From contig JBNRSN020000002.1 of NCBI GenBank assembly GCA_051313645.2, positions 101,122,001 to 101,186,000 on the forward strand: DNA of 64,000 nt. The letters run 5' to 3'. The translations under genes and the position numbers were made by a program. Under the pieces are notes generated by a model. The model was not told the origin of the DNA, made no database searches, and saw only the letters and a program-made list of their open reading frames with translations. The stretch is from Centroscyllium fabricii (taxonomy: Eukaryota). Shown in pieces: positions 1 to 12,440 of the stretch. Each line of letters opens with the position of its first letter. Within the stretch, counting starts at the first letter, position 1.

Positions 1-1260
1 GTGCACGCTCCTCCTTTGTGGGATCTCTATTCTCTCTCTCAATGAACTTCTTCACTCATCATCCAATCCTGTTCACTTTTTTTGCTGATGATGCCAATCT
101 ACGTTCATCATCTTCCTTCAGATCATGTGCCATCCGTGCTCACAAACTCCATTCCTCTTGCAGTACAATAGTTGAATCACTATATTTTGATACCCTTCCA
201 TGGGCAATAAAATATTGGCCCGGATTTTGCAGTAGGAATAAAGGTGAGGCAATCAGCACGCACCGTTATCAAGGAGCAAATTGGACAGCAACGTTTGGCG
301 GCCACACATGTGCAGTTGAAAACCGAAATCAGGAAGTTGCTGTCCGAGTTGCCCTGCTCCTCCACAAGCTTCACTACACTGGTACCTCACCGAGAGACTC
401 GGCATTCAAACATATGAAGGGCGTGAAGTTACAGTACTTACCCATTAGTTGCCTACTAAACATGTCAGAAAAAGTTAGGGTTTGTCCATTCAAGTATAAG
501 TGAATTTTGGCACTGAAAATGAACTTTCCAAGTGTGGAGTCTCATTCCTTCTAATTTTATTTATTGTTGGAGATTTTAAAAACTTAAGAAATTAAAATAA
601 TTTTTAATTTACTTTTTCTTTCTGTCTCTTTTATTTTTCTCTCTCTTAATCCTATCTTTCTTTTCCCCTCTTTATTTTGCTTTCTGTACATGATTTGACA
701 TTGAATTAAATATTCCAATTGACACTTCCTGGTCTAGACTCTGCGTGCGTATCAATCGGATTGTTTGAGCAGACATGTTCACACAGGTCCCAGATCCCCT
801 GTAGAGGGCGCCACGCTGCTTTCGCTGTTTGATAACCTCAAATCACAGTGTAAAAATGTAAGCGTAATGAATGACGAGTGCCATTTGTTCACTGCTAACC
901 ACAAAATCTGGGCCATTATTTCCTTCAATTCAGTTTATTCTCTCACAAGACCAACAAACAATTGCCACTCTTGAACTTTGATTGCTCCACCCCTAGTCCT
1001 CCTTCAACTATTGAAATTTTTGGTCTCACCATCTCCTCTGATCGCAAATAAAAGTCTCACATCTTCTCCACTGCTAAAAGTGTCCTCAGAGAAGCTCAGT
1101 TTCCTTTTTTATGCCAAAAATGTCTTTCCTTTCAACACCGCTTAACGTACTATGAAGTCCAAGTCTGATCAGGACTTAAATGCTGTTGCCATATCGGGAA
1201 CGGCTCTTCTACCATACCTCTCACTCTCCTGGACAGGATACAAGAAAAAGCTGGATATAT
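1..1260 (+). pseudogene. Highly degenerate non-LTR retrotransposon RT remnant (CR1/L2 group), split by the MITE at 217-914
   Basis: FFADDANL near 80-100; after the MITE, frameshifted IEIFGLTISSD, KSHIFSTAK and LLDRIQEKA-like motifs at ~1005-1250. Confidence 0.6.
217..914. mobile_element. Non-autonomous Harbinger-type DNA transposon (MITE)
   Basis: TIRs GGCCCGGATTTTG / CAAAATCTGGGCC; ATT directly on both sides (214-216, 915-917). Confidence 0.8.
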
Positions 1261-2648
1261 GATCAGTCATACTTTTCATCTTTAGCCACTAGTTACCTTG
1301 CCACTAACATGTATAGAAAAACTTTGTCATACTTTCTGTCTCCCCTTCACAATATCCTTTGTTTTTGTTTTACTGATACTGTTACAGTCATTGCTCTCTG
1401 AATGTTCCTCTTGTTCCTAACGTTCTTCTTGTTCCTGCTAAATTTTCTTCTTGTTCCCTCCTCCCTGCAGTCTCAATATGTTGAAATCATTGGGGGGATT
1501 TTACAAAATCTTGTTCCCTGCAAGAAGCCTCGCCCTTTAAGAGTGCATATCGGAAGTTCAGAGGAACATGCCCCACAATTTACTGACCATTTAGTAAAGA
1601 AACTGTAAGCCATGTGCACCAAAATTCCCAAAATATACTCCCTTCCAGGTGCATGGTTTTGTGAAATGATCCCTCATAGCTCATCGCATCCTCTCCTATG
1701 CTAAGTTATTATTTCCCAAGACCTCAAAATTGGATCCTTTGATCCTTCACTTTTCCACCCGTTACAGTTTACTGGCTTTTAAAACTCAAGCTTGCTGTCA
1801 TCTATTGTTCCTTGCTTTCCCTAACCTTCTCTAATATTACTTGCAAACTTGGTGGTATCCTACATAGCGGGACTTGGAATAATAATGAAAAAGCTATCTC
1901 CTATGTTCAGTATATATTACACAATTGTTTGGCGACAGGAGATTTTAAGATCAGCATCCTTTTAACCTCATCATTAATTCACTGAGGGTTTTTATATAAC
2001 GAGTAACCATATTAATACATTTCTGGTACTGAAGGTAATTTAGTTGATTTCAGTTTAAAATAAGTTTATTCAAAAAATCCAAGTTGCCATTCATAGGGTT
2101 CAGATATATATTTTCCATTAAATATTCTTCAAATACAGGTCACTGAATGAAAAGTACAGTGTTCACATTTTGTCCTGTGCTGGTCAAAGTTCAGTACTCA
2201 GATGGTTAAATTCAGGATATTTTTAGATAATAAAATGCTTTTCTGTAGACTTCTTATCTCCTGTAAGTGATTGATTTCTAGTTAGTGCAACAAGCTAACA
2301 TGACATAGTTTGTTTGATTTTGAAGAATGATTTTTACTTCCGCTGAGAGCTCTCGATCTAGTTCTAGTTATCCTGTTGTGCAGTGACACTGTTAGCTGAA
2401 AAATTGACAATGAGCAGCATGTGAGAAATTGGCTTGTGATGGGGAAGGCTGCCATTGGATGGGGGGGTTGGAAGCTTCTAAAGGGATCTGTCAAAATCAG
2501 CTAAGATGGGGGTGGGGGGTGTGGGGTGGCAGAATGTGACAGAAGTAGGTGGCGACAGGATGGTTGTGTGAGGGACGGTTATGTCAGGAATGGCGTGGCA
2601 TGGATAGCTTTTCAGAGTCTATTGTGAGATGCAGTCTATGAGAGGGTT

Positions 2649-3187
2649 CATAGAATCATAGAATCATAGAAATTTTTACAGTGCGGATAAGGGCCATTCG
2701 GCCCATCCAGTCCGCACCGGCCCAGGAATCTCCTCGCTATACTAACCCCATTTGCCCGCACTTGGCCCATAACCCTGTATGTTATGGTCCTTCATGTGCT
2801 GGTCCAAATATTTTTTAAATGTTGCGATGGTTTCTGTTTCCACCACCCTTACAGGCAGGGAGTTCCAGACTTCCACCACCCTCTGGGTAAAGAAATTTCT
2901 CCTTACCTCCCCCCTAAACCTCCCTCCCCTAATCTTGAATCTATGTCCCCTAGTACTTGACTCTCCCACCAATGGAAACAATGCCCCTTTATCTACCCTA
3001 TCGTGTCCTCTCATGATCTTGTAGACCTCAATCATGTCCCCCCTCCACCTTCTCTTCTCCAGGGCAAACAACCCCAGCCTGTCCAGCCTCTCTTCGTAGC
3101 ATAAGTCCCCCAGACCAGGTATCATCCTGGTAAACCTTCTCTGCACCCTTTCCAGGGCAACCACGTCCTTCCTGAAGTGCGGTGACC
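2649..3187 (-). mobile_element. CR1 LINE, 5'-truncated
   Basis: ORF 2742-3164 (LERVQRRFTRMIPG...RNFFTQRVVEVWNSLP); (ATAGAATC)n tail; AGGGTT on both sides (2643-2648, 3188-3193) as likely TSD. Confidence 0.92.
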
Positions 3188-3894
3188 AGGGTTGTTTCTG
3201 AAAGGTTATTTTTGATGAGGCAGGTTTATGTAGGTTAGTTGTGATGAGTCAGTTATTATCAATTGTTTGTGATGGAATAGCTGGGCTAGTTCTTATGGTG
3301 GTTAGTTGTCTTAGTCAACTTTCGTCAGGGTTAGTAGTGACAGGGTCAGTTATGATGCATTAATTGTGATAGGGCCAGCTGTGACAGCTGAGTTTTGTCA
3401 GGGTTGATTGTGACAGAGTAAGTTATGATGAGGTCAGTTGTGACAGTGTAAGTCATGAAAGATTGACTGTGATGGAGTCAACAATGATGACTTTATTGTT
3501 ACAGAGTCAGTTATGACAGATGGGTTTTATCAGAGTTTGTTGTGACAATATTAGTGTTGATAGGATGATTGGAGCACGTTTAGTTGTGATGGCTGGGTTT
3601 TACTGTGGTTGTTTATGATGAATATGGCTGTGGGGCAAAATTCATTGAGGTTGCTTATGGTGGAGACAGTTGTGGTATGGTACTTATTGGGGTTGATAGT
3701 GACAGAATTGCTATGATGGATTTTGATGGGAATTGATTAAAATTGCATTGCTTGTGGGGAGGTGTTTGACAGGGACGGTTGTGAAACAGTTGGTAAGTTT
3801 AGTGGGTTCTGGAATGGTGTTTGATTGGGTTGGGATCATTTATGATTGGCTTAGTTTTGATGGGACCAATGGTAATGGGGTTGGTTCGAATCAG

Positions 3895-3980
3895 AGACAA
3901 AAACAGAATACACTGGAGACACTCAGCAGCATCTCCAGTGTTTTCTGTTTTTGTTTCAGATTTTCAGTGTCTGCAGTTGG
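3895..3980. repeat. Short fold-back remnant related to hammerhead family B; no ribozyme core left
   Basis: acaaaaacagaatacactggaga ... tctccagtgttttctgtttttgt inverted arms, similar to 60620-60850. Confidence 0.55.
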
Positions 3981-4854
3981 TTTGGGTCAAATTCATTATG
4001 AAGGGCTTAGTTACAATGTGGTAGTTTGTGGGATGGTTTGACACGGTAAGTTTGGAAAAAATGGATGTGATTGAAGGCTCTGATGTGACGGTTTTCACTT
4101 TTATATAGTGACATTTTCCATCGAGAAATATTTCTGATAGATGAATTTTTAATTTAATTCTCTGTAATCATTGAGTCGCTGCTTATTTTTCTGGAGTGAT
4201 TACAGCTTTGTTACTATTAATGTGTCATGGTAAGAGATCTGTCCATTGTGTGACAGCCAACCAAGCAAGTGTATTGTGAGCATCTGCTCTAATAGGAGTG
4301 GGAGTGAGAATGGACTCACAGCAAGAAGTACTGTTCTCTGGTTAAGTAAATTCAACAGAGAGCTAATCAAAAGAATCAAGATTTTACTAATAAAAGAATA
4401 AAGGACCAGAGTGATTGGTGTAAAGTTATGATAAGGATGTTTATGACAAACACATACTTAGCATTCTTTATTATTTTCCCCTGGCCTGGCTCAGTTTGGA
4501 TGGGTTGCTTCCTGGCACGTTCACGTACAGGATTTTATGTCAGCTCATTTGGGTTGAGGTTACATGTTCATTCCTATCTGTAGTCTAACTGGGCATCACA
4601 ATACAGCTGAGATGTGCCAATAAAGTAATCATGCTACCACCTTGCTCAACTGATAAAATCTATCTATTTTTCAATATAGCCAGGGCTGGTCACATTTTTT
4701 AAAGAAAACAATTGCCATAGCATTTCAAACAGCTTAATTTTTACAAAGGTGACCCTTCTTATCTGATGAAATTGAAATAAAAACAAAATGACTGCCAGCT
4801 GTTGCCATGTTACTGAAATGATACTGCATCCAATCAGGGCAATTTGTATAATTG

Positions 4855-5420
4855 GTCTCGGGATGCAGACCATGCTGGCAAGGCCAAATTTATTGATCAT
4901 CCCGAGTTGCCCTGAGAAGGTGGTGACCTTCTCTTTGAATTGCTGCAGCCTTTGTGAAGATGATGCTCCCACAATGATGTTAGATAAGCAATTCCAGGAT
5001 TTTGACCCGACAACGATGAAGAATGGTGATATACATACAAGTTAGAATGGCGTGCGGCTTGAATGGGAACTTGCAAGTAATTGTGCTTCCATGACATTAA
5101 TGCTGTGCTCTGGATGGTGTCAAACATCTTGGCTGTTTTGCGGCTACACACTCATCCAGGCAAATGGAAAGTATTCTATCACACTCCTTGTTGAGCCTTG
5201 TCGATAGTGGAGCGGCTTTGAAGCGTCAGGTGAGCCACTCATTGCAGAGTGTCCAGTCTCTGCCCAGCTCTTGGTGTTGATATGGCTGATCTAACTAATT
5301 TGCTGGGATGTTTTCAGAATCCGTAACCTTCACTGTGTCCAGTGCAATCAGCCATTACTTAATGTCATGTGGAATGAACCAAATTGGCTGGACACTGCAT
5401 CTCTGATGGTGGGAGCCTTG
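4855..5420 (-). mobile_element. Degenerate CR1-group LINE 3' fragment (same family as 17335-18250)
   Basis: Shares gccctgagaaggtggtg, ttccaggattttgaccc and gggaacttg blocks with the 17.4-kb copy. Confidence 0.65.
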
Positions 5421-5559
5421 TGAGGTAACAAAAATGTGGCAAATTCAACATCAGGAAGAATTCACAAACAACTTCCTCAATAAAACAAATATTCCAATTT
5501 ATGACCCCAAAATATATTCAGTGCAAAATACATCATTATTAATGGGGCAAGAGTGTTGA

Positions 5560-6925
5560 AGGTAGTAGGGAAAATGTAGAATCTATTATTAAGGACGTGG
5601 TAACAGGGCACTTAGAAAATAATAATAGGATTGGGCAGAGTCAGCACGGATTTATGAAATGGAAATCATGTTTGACAAATCTGTTGGGGTTGTAACTAGA
5701 AGAATAGATAAGGGGGAATCAGTGGATGTGGTGTATTTGGATTTTCAGAAGGCATTCGATAAGGTGCCACACAAGAGGTTATTAAACAAAATTAGGACTC
5801 ATGGGATTGGGGGTAATATACTAGCATGGATTCAAGATTGGTTAACAGACAGAAAAGAGAGAGTAGGAATAAACGGGTCATTTTCGGGTTGGCAGGCTGT
5901 AACTAGTGGCGTATCGCAATGATCAATGCTTGGACCTCAACTATTCACAATCTACATCAATGATTTGGATGAGGGTACCAAATGTAATATACCGATATTT
6001 GCTGATCATACAAAGCTGGGTGGGAATGTAAGTTGTGGGGAGGATGCAAGGATGCTTCAAGGGGATATAGACAGGCTAAATGAGTGGGCAAGAACATGGC
6101 AAATGGAATATAATGTGGAGAAATGTGAAGTTATCCACTTTGATAGGAAAAATAGAAAAGCAGAGTATTTTTTAAATGGTGAGAGATTGGGATACATTGA
6201 TGTTCAGAGGGACCTGGGTGTCTTTGTACACAAATCACTGAAAGTTAACATGCAGGTACAGCAAGCAATTAGGGAAGCAAATGGTATATTGGCCTTTATT
6301 ACAAGAGGATTTGAGTATGAGAAAATATGTCTTCCTGCAATTATATAGGACCCTGGTGAGACCACACCTAGGGTATTGTGTACAGTTTTGGTCTCCTAAC
6401 CTAAGGAAGGATATACTTGCTATTGAGGGAGTGCAACGGAGGTTCACCAGACTGATTCCTGGGATGGGGGGCTTGTCCCATGAGGAGAGATTGAGTAGAC
6501 TAGGCCTATATTCTCTGGAGTTTAGAAGAATGAGAGGTGATCTCATTGAAACATACAAAATTCTTACAGGACTTGACAGGGTAGATGCAGGGAGGATGGT
6601 TCCCCTGGCTGGGGAGTCTAGAACCAGGGATCACAGTCTCAGAATAAGGGGTCAGTCATTTAGGACTGAGATTAAGTGAAATTTCTTCACTCAGAGGGTG
6701 GTGAGTCTTAGGAATTCTCTACCCCAGAGAGCTGTGGAGGCTCAGTCGTTGAGTATATTCAAGACAGAGATCGATAGATTTTTGAATATTAAGGGAATCA
6801 ATATGGGGATAGTGCAGGAAAGTGGAGATGAGGTAGAAGATCAGCCATGATCCTGTTGAATGGCAGAGCAGGCTCGAGGGGACGAATGGCCTACTCCTGC
6901 TCCAATTTCTTATGTTCTTATGTAA
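5560..6925 (+). mobile_element. CR1 LINE, 5'-truncated, frameshifted RT
   Basis: VDVVYLDFQKAFDKVPH, GPQLFTIYINDLD, YRTLVRPHL; 3' UTR ending ttatgttcttatg. Confidence 0.95.
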
Positions 6926-7795
6926 AGTACCATTGAAGGCAGTTTCAATGCTTTGATTGACAACACGATGACATTGCCATATTGTTGCTATATTTCCCAC
7001 TACTAAAATGTATTTTTATTTTTGTTAAACAAATAAATTTTAATCAAATGTGTGGGAGCCTTATCGCTGCAGATGTCATATCTATCGCAGAAACAAAACA
7101 TTCTGAAGACCACCTCAATGGTGCTCTCTAGAATAACTGCAGAATATTCACCATTCTGAGAGTTTATCAGTTTATTAATATTTGTTCTGAACTTTGCGTC
7201 ATTTAATATTTCAACATCATTTCTGTGCTGGTTTTAATAAAGCATGCCATGAATTTGAAGTGAGTGGGTTTTGTGATGTGATTGCAGTAAGCAGACATGG
7301 CAGCTCTGACTTAATGTTACAAACAAATGTAGCCACAGCTTAATTGATTAATTGGGTAATCGATTTGTTTTCATGCTGACAACTCAATTAGCAAGATTGA
7401 TAATCTTTATACCCCTAACTTGTATTTACTGAAAGGGGGTGGTGGGGGTGGGGGGGGAGAAACTACACTGTATTAATGAGATGGTCGCAATGAATGAGTT
7501 GTCGCTGTGGCATTCCAGAGAAGTGTTACATGAGTATGCTTTTCAATAAAGGTGTCGGGCTGAGTTCCTGAGCAACAAGGTTTCCAAATAATGACGTTGG
7601 TGAAACCTCGGTGAAGGTCTAAATCCACAGCAAGGACACCACCAAGAAAAGGGCAGGAGATGAATCGAGAGGTTATTGACAAGGTGGATGCAGGGAGGAT
7701 GCAGCTGAGTCAGGTTTCTCAAAGTTGTGCTCAACTTTATTCGCTCAGTATACAGATAGAATCGGAATCACAACCAAAACACCTCAGTTCAAGTT

Positions 7796-9045
7796 TTAGA
7801 TTAGATTAGATTCGCTTTATTGTCATTACACAGTACAAGTAAAATGCAACGAAATTAGGTGTGTCTAACCAGAGTGCAAACAGCAGTTATATGCATACAT
7901 ACAAATAATAATACACAGTAAAAGAGTATATACAGTAAGTGCAGTGGGTAGACATGCCGTAAAAAATACACTATATAAAAGGTATATTCGCTGTAGGCAT
8001 ATGTACAAACAGGTTAAGAACATAATGGCATCTCATGATCTTCAAGGGCTAGGCAGTATGAGACGGGGTGGAGTTCTTTGTCAACAGTCTGACAGCTGAG
8101 GGGAAGAAGCTGTTAATAGTCCTGTTGGTTCTGCCCGGGAGGCTGCGATAGCGTGACCCAGTGCGAGTGCCACGTTGGGCGATAAACAGTCCATGGTTGG
8201 GATGAGAGGCATCTCTGATGATGTTGCGTGCCCTTCGTAAGCACCGCCTCTCATAGACTGAAGTGATGGATGGGAGCGAGGTCTTGGTGATGCGTTGAGC
8301 GATTTTCACCACCTTCTGCAATGATTTCCGGTCGCTGATGGTACAGTTGCCGTACCAGACTGAGATGCAGGTGGTGAGGATGCTCTCAATGGTACAGCGG
8401 TAGAAGTTCACCAACACCTGAGAGGATAGGCGAAGTTTAGCCAGTTTCCTCAGGAAAAAGAGGCGCTTGTGGGCCTTCTTGACCAGAGTTGAGGTATTGG
8501 TGGTCCAGGAGAGGTCTTCAGAAATGTGAACTCCCAGGAACTTAAAGCTGGTGACACGCTCAACCTCCTCCCCATTGATATGGATGGGGGTGTGCATGCC
8601 TTTTTTGTTCTTTCTGAAGTCCACGATAATCTCCTTGGTCTTTTTGGTGTTGAGTGCCAAGTTGTTGTTGGCACACCACTCTGCTAGGTGCTGGACCCCT
8701 TCCCTGTATGCCGTCTCGTCGTTGTTGCTGACGAGCCCAAATACTGTGGTGTCGTCTGCAAACTTGACAATGGTATTTGAGCCATGGACAGGATTGCAGT
8801 CATGCGTGAAGAGGGAGTAGAGAAGGGGACTCAGCACACAGCCCTGCGGGAGACCAGTGTTCAGGATGAGGGACGAGGATTTGTACTTGTCCAGTCTGAC
8901 GTGCTGGGGTCTGTTGGTCAGAAAGTCCAGTATCCAATTACAGAGGGAGGGGTCGATGCCAAGGCCAACAAGCTTGGTGATCAGTTTGGAGGGGATGATG
9001 GTATTGAATGCCGAGCTAAAGACAATTAACAGGAGTCTCACATAG
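7796..9045 (-). mobile_element. Rex1/Babar-type non-LTR retrotransposon, 5'-truncated, 330-aa open RT frame
   Basis: ORF 8049-9041: [51 protein letters not shown]; (TTAGA)n tail. Confidence 0.9.
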
Positions 9046-9116
9046 TGGTTCTAAGAATCTGCCTTAGAACCACAAACTTTTAATCGTGTCATCTAATTAT
9101 TACTTCTTGAGTTATC

Positions 9117-9815
9117 TTATCAAGATTCAAGATTCACGATAATTTTATTGCCATATGTAACTGGTACAATGGAATGCTTACTCCCCATTCACTCCCACAA
9201 TATAAGTATAAAAAAGCAAAAAGTAAAATACAAGTATAAATACAGAAAAATAATAAGCAAATAAACAAATAAGTAACAAGTACAGTTAGCAGTTCAGTAG
9301 GCGCACTGCCTGTGGGTAGAAACTGTTTTTGAACCTGCTGGTTCAGGTTCAGATGCTGCGGTACCGACGGCCGGACCACAGGAGGGAGAACAGATCGTGC
9401 CCAGGGTGATTGGGGTCCTTGATGATTGAGCGGGCCTTGTTCCGACACCTGGTCTGGAAGATCTCCTCGATAGACGGAAGTGCACACCCAATGATTTTTT
9501 CTGCCATCCTCACGACCGTCTGAATGGCTTTCCTGTCCTGTGCAGTGGTGTTGCCATACCACACAGTGACGCCACCCGACAGGACGCTCTCTATGGAGCC
9601 GCAGTAAAAGTTAACAAGCCACTTTGTGCTTATGCCGCATTTCCTCAGGCGCCGTAGAGGGTAGAGGCGCTGGTGTGCCTTCTTCAGCATTGCCTCAGTA
9701 TTGTAGTTCCAGGTCAGGTCATCAGAGATCTGCAGACCCAGGAATCGGAAGCAACTGGCGACTTCTTCCTATCTATTTTCAACCTTGGTGGTATGCTGCA
9801 TTCTGATTCTTGACC
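9117..9815 (-). mobile_element. Second Rex1/Babar-type fragment (different subfamily)
   Basis: FRFLGLQISDDLTW..., KKAHQRLYPLRRLRK, IESVLSGGVTVWYGN; (TCAAGAT)n tail. Confidence 0.88.
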
Positions 9816-9986
9816 CTTCACCCAAGTGTCTCAATAAAAAAGAAATCTAGTTTTGGATATGCATTGCCACATCCATTTTATCAATTTCCTTTAGGTATTT
9901 TAAAGTTTTTAATCATGTTCCCTCCCTGTCCCCCACCCCACCCCCGCTGCCCCAATTAATAATTTATCAATGAGAATGGATTCACT

Positions 9987-10095
9987 GGGGGTAATTTTCA
10001 ACTCTCCCACCAGTGGTTGATTTCAATGATGATAGCGGGTGGGTGAATTGCACTGCCAGCTTACTACCCAGGTAGTGAAGCTGAAAATTACCCCC
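9987..10095. mobile_element. 109-bp Harbinger-type mini-MITE
   Basis: Perfect TIR GGGGGTAATTTTCA / TGAAAATTACCCCC; ACT on both sides. Confidence 0.8.
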
Positions 10096-12440
10096 ACTGT
10101 ATTTCTTCATTCATCAGTGACCGAAAACTTGAAATCATTTTTGTTGCTCTTGTCTGCTCTGCCCTGCTTACTTTTAAAATTAAAATGGAAAGTTTTGAAG
10201 CACTTGGAAAATGTTTTTATCTCTACAGTACACTTATTTTTCAAAATGAGTTTTTAATTTGTGGAAAATTGTCTCACAGTTTGATCACAGATAGCAATGT
10301 GTAAAATTATAAGATTATAAAAATACTCTGATATCTTCAAAAGTGTAACATTTATTCTTTGTAGATATTTACATTGAGACCCCTATCTGTTAGATGCCTG
10401 AATAATTCATAAAAAAAATTTGTTTAGCCAGTGTATGGTTTCACGTTTGAAATAAGAGCTCAACTTGAGATAGGGGTTAAAAATATATCCTTTGATCAGT
10501 GAGTGAGTCTCAAGCCTCCATCGTTCCTTTTTGTGATTGTTAACAGTTCTCAGCAAGGGGAAATCCCCATCTATGTGTTCCCTCCGAGCTGAATTAAGTG
10601 TCTTAGCCAACTGTGTCATCTAGCCTTTCAGCAAAGAGCTGACCTTTAGCTTGTTGAGATGGCATGAAATCACTTAGACAGGGTACTGATCTTTAAAGGA
10701 AAAAAATCTGTATGTTACAGTCAAGGTAGTCTCATTCCAGACAGACAGTTTTTAATGGAACTAGGTTGATATCAGGACTATGAGAATGTTACAATTTTAC
10801 ATCAGGCTTAAATGTTTGAATTAATTCATTAATTAATTTGAATAGTGAGGAATTTTCACAGCCATTACTTAACAGTAATACTCTCCTTCCATCTCCCTCC
10901 CCACACACTACCCACCATGTAGTATGTGCATCTATTATCATGTTGCATTATGAAATATTATTCAACGCCATTGAATAATACCACCGTCGATATTTACTTT
11001 AATTTGAAGAATGGCATGAAGAATCATTTCAAACAATACCAAGAAAGTAAAACACAGTTGGTTAATTACAATTCACAAGAATTCAAAACCAGGAGGGATA
11101 GTTCTAACAAAGATCACCGTCTCAAAAGAATTTTATTTTGAGATTGAATAATGTCACTTAACTCTTTGAAGGTTACATTATGTTTGCAACTTTCCAGAAT
11201 AAATGCTTTTTGGTGCGTCAGGCCTGAGAGGATTCTGTGCTCCAGTTCTTTTCTCCATCTGTCTACATATTACTATGACTGTAATTGAGACAGATAATAG
11301 GCATTATGTCTCGCCTATGTCGAGGAAACTTGGGAGCTTTTGGATTAACAGAAAGTCGAGTTTAAATTTCAGAGACTGATGTTGCAAGCTGATGGCATTT
11401 CATTTTGTTAATAATGCAAATTCCAGCTAAGGCCAGTTCAGGCCAGTTGACATGGCTTTCACTGGTATCAATTAAAATTTACAGCTGGGTTAGTTCCGTC
11501 TGCCAACACTATGTACTGCTCGCGCCAGGTAACCTGTTTCAGGTTTTCTGCCGATGCTACTATTTAATCAATTATTATGAGATGGAATAGAACAACCCAG
11601 TTTGATTCACTCACTAATTTGTTTTTCCTCCCTCGAATGGATTGCCTGGGATCAGGAATTCACCCAGTAGGGTAATCCCAACTGTGCAGCTGCAGCCTGT
11701 AACTGAACACATTACAGACTGCCTACAGCTCGCTTGTTCCGAGTGTGTTACCATCCCATAATGTGCTGCAATGACAAGGCACCTTGTCTTTATTTCCATC
11801 TTTCCAATTTTCTAATTTCCTATCTTGAAAGCACAGACTCATTATGGGGTTCAATTCTATGAGTGTCAGACATCTACTGGTAAACTGGATCTAGTGAGAA
11901 TGAGGAATTTTAAGAAATTAATATTGGTAAAAATAATACTGGAAAAATTAATGGCACTAAAAGCCAACAAATCCCCAGGACCTGATGGGCTATATCCTAG
12001 GGTTTTAAAAAAGGTGGCTACAGAAATAATGGATGCTTTGGTGTTCATCTTCCAGAATTCACTAGATTCTAGAATGGTCCCCACAGATTGGAAGGTGGCA
12101 AATATAACCAGGCTATTCAAGAAAGGAGGGAGAGAGAAAACAGGGAACTATAGACCAGTTAGCCTGACATCAGCTGCAGGGAATCTATTATTAGGGATGG
12201 GGTAACATGGCACTTTGCCCAATCAAACTATGATTTTCTAAGTGCCATGTTACCCCATCCCTAATAATAGATGTCAGCATGGATTTATGTAAGGGAAATC
12301 ATGTTTGACAAATCATTTTGACATTTTTCAGGTTGTAACTAGCAGGGTAGTGTATTTGGATTTTCAGAAAGCATTTGAAAAGGTGCCACACAAGAGGTTA
12401 TTACACCAAGTTAGGGCTCAAACGATTGGGGGTAATATAT

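Larger units (their letters stand above)
2500..4090. repeat. Decayed G/T-rich minisatellite (~15-bp AGTTGTGA(T/C)(G/A)GGGT-like unit), interrupted by a CR1
   Basis: Recurrent gttgtgac/gttgtgat/gttatgat words at 2530-2640 and 3190-4090. Confidence 0.6.

Noticed and set aside
9045-9073. 11-bp stem hairpin GTGGTTCTAAG/CTTAGAACCAC as a terminator
   Set aside because: Sits at a Rex 5' truncation junction in eukaryotic DNA; more likely a junction by-product
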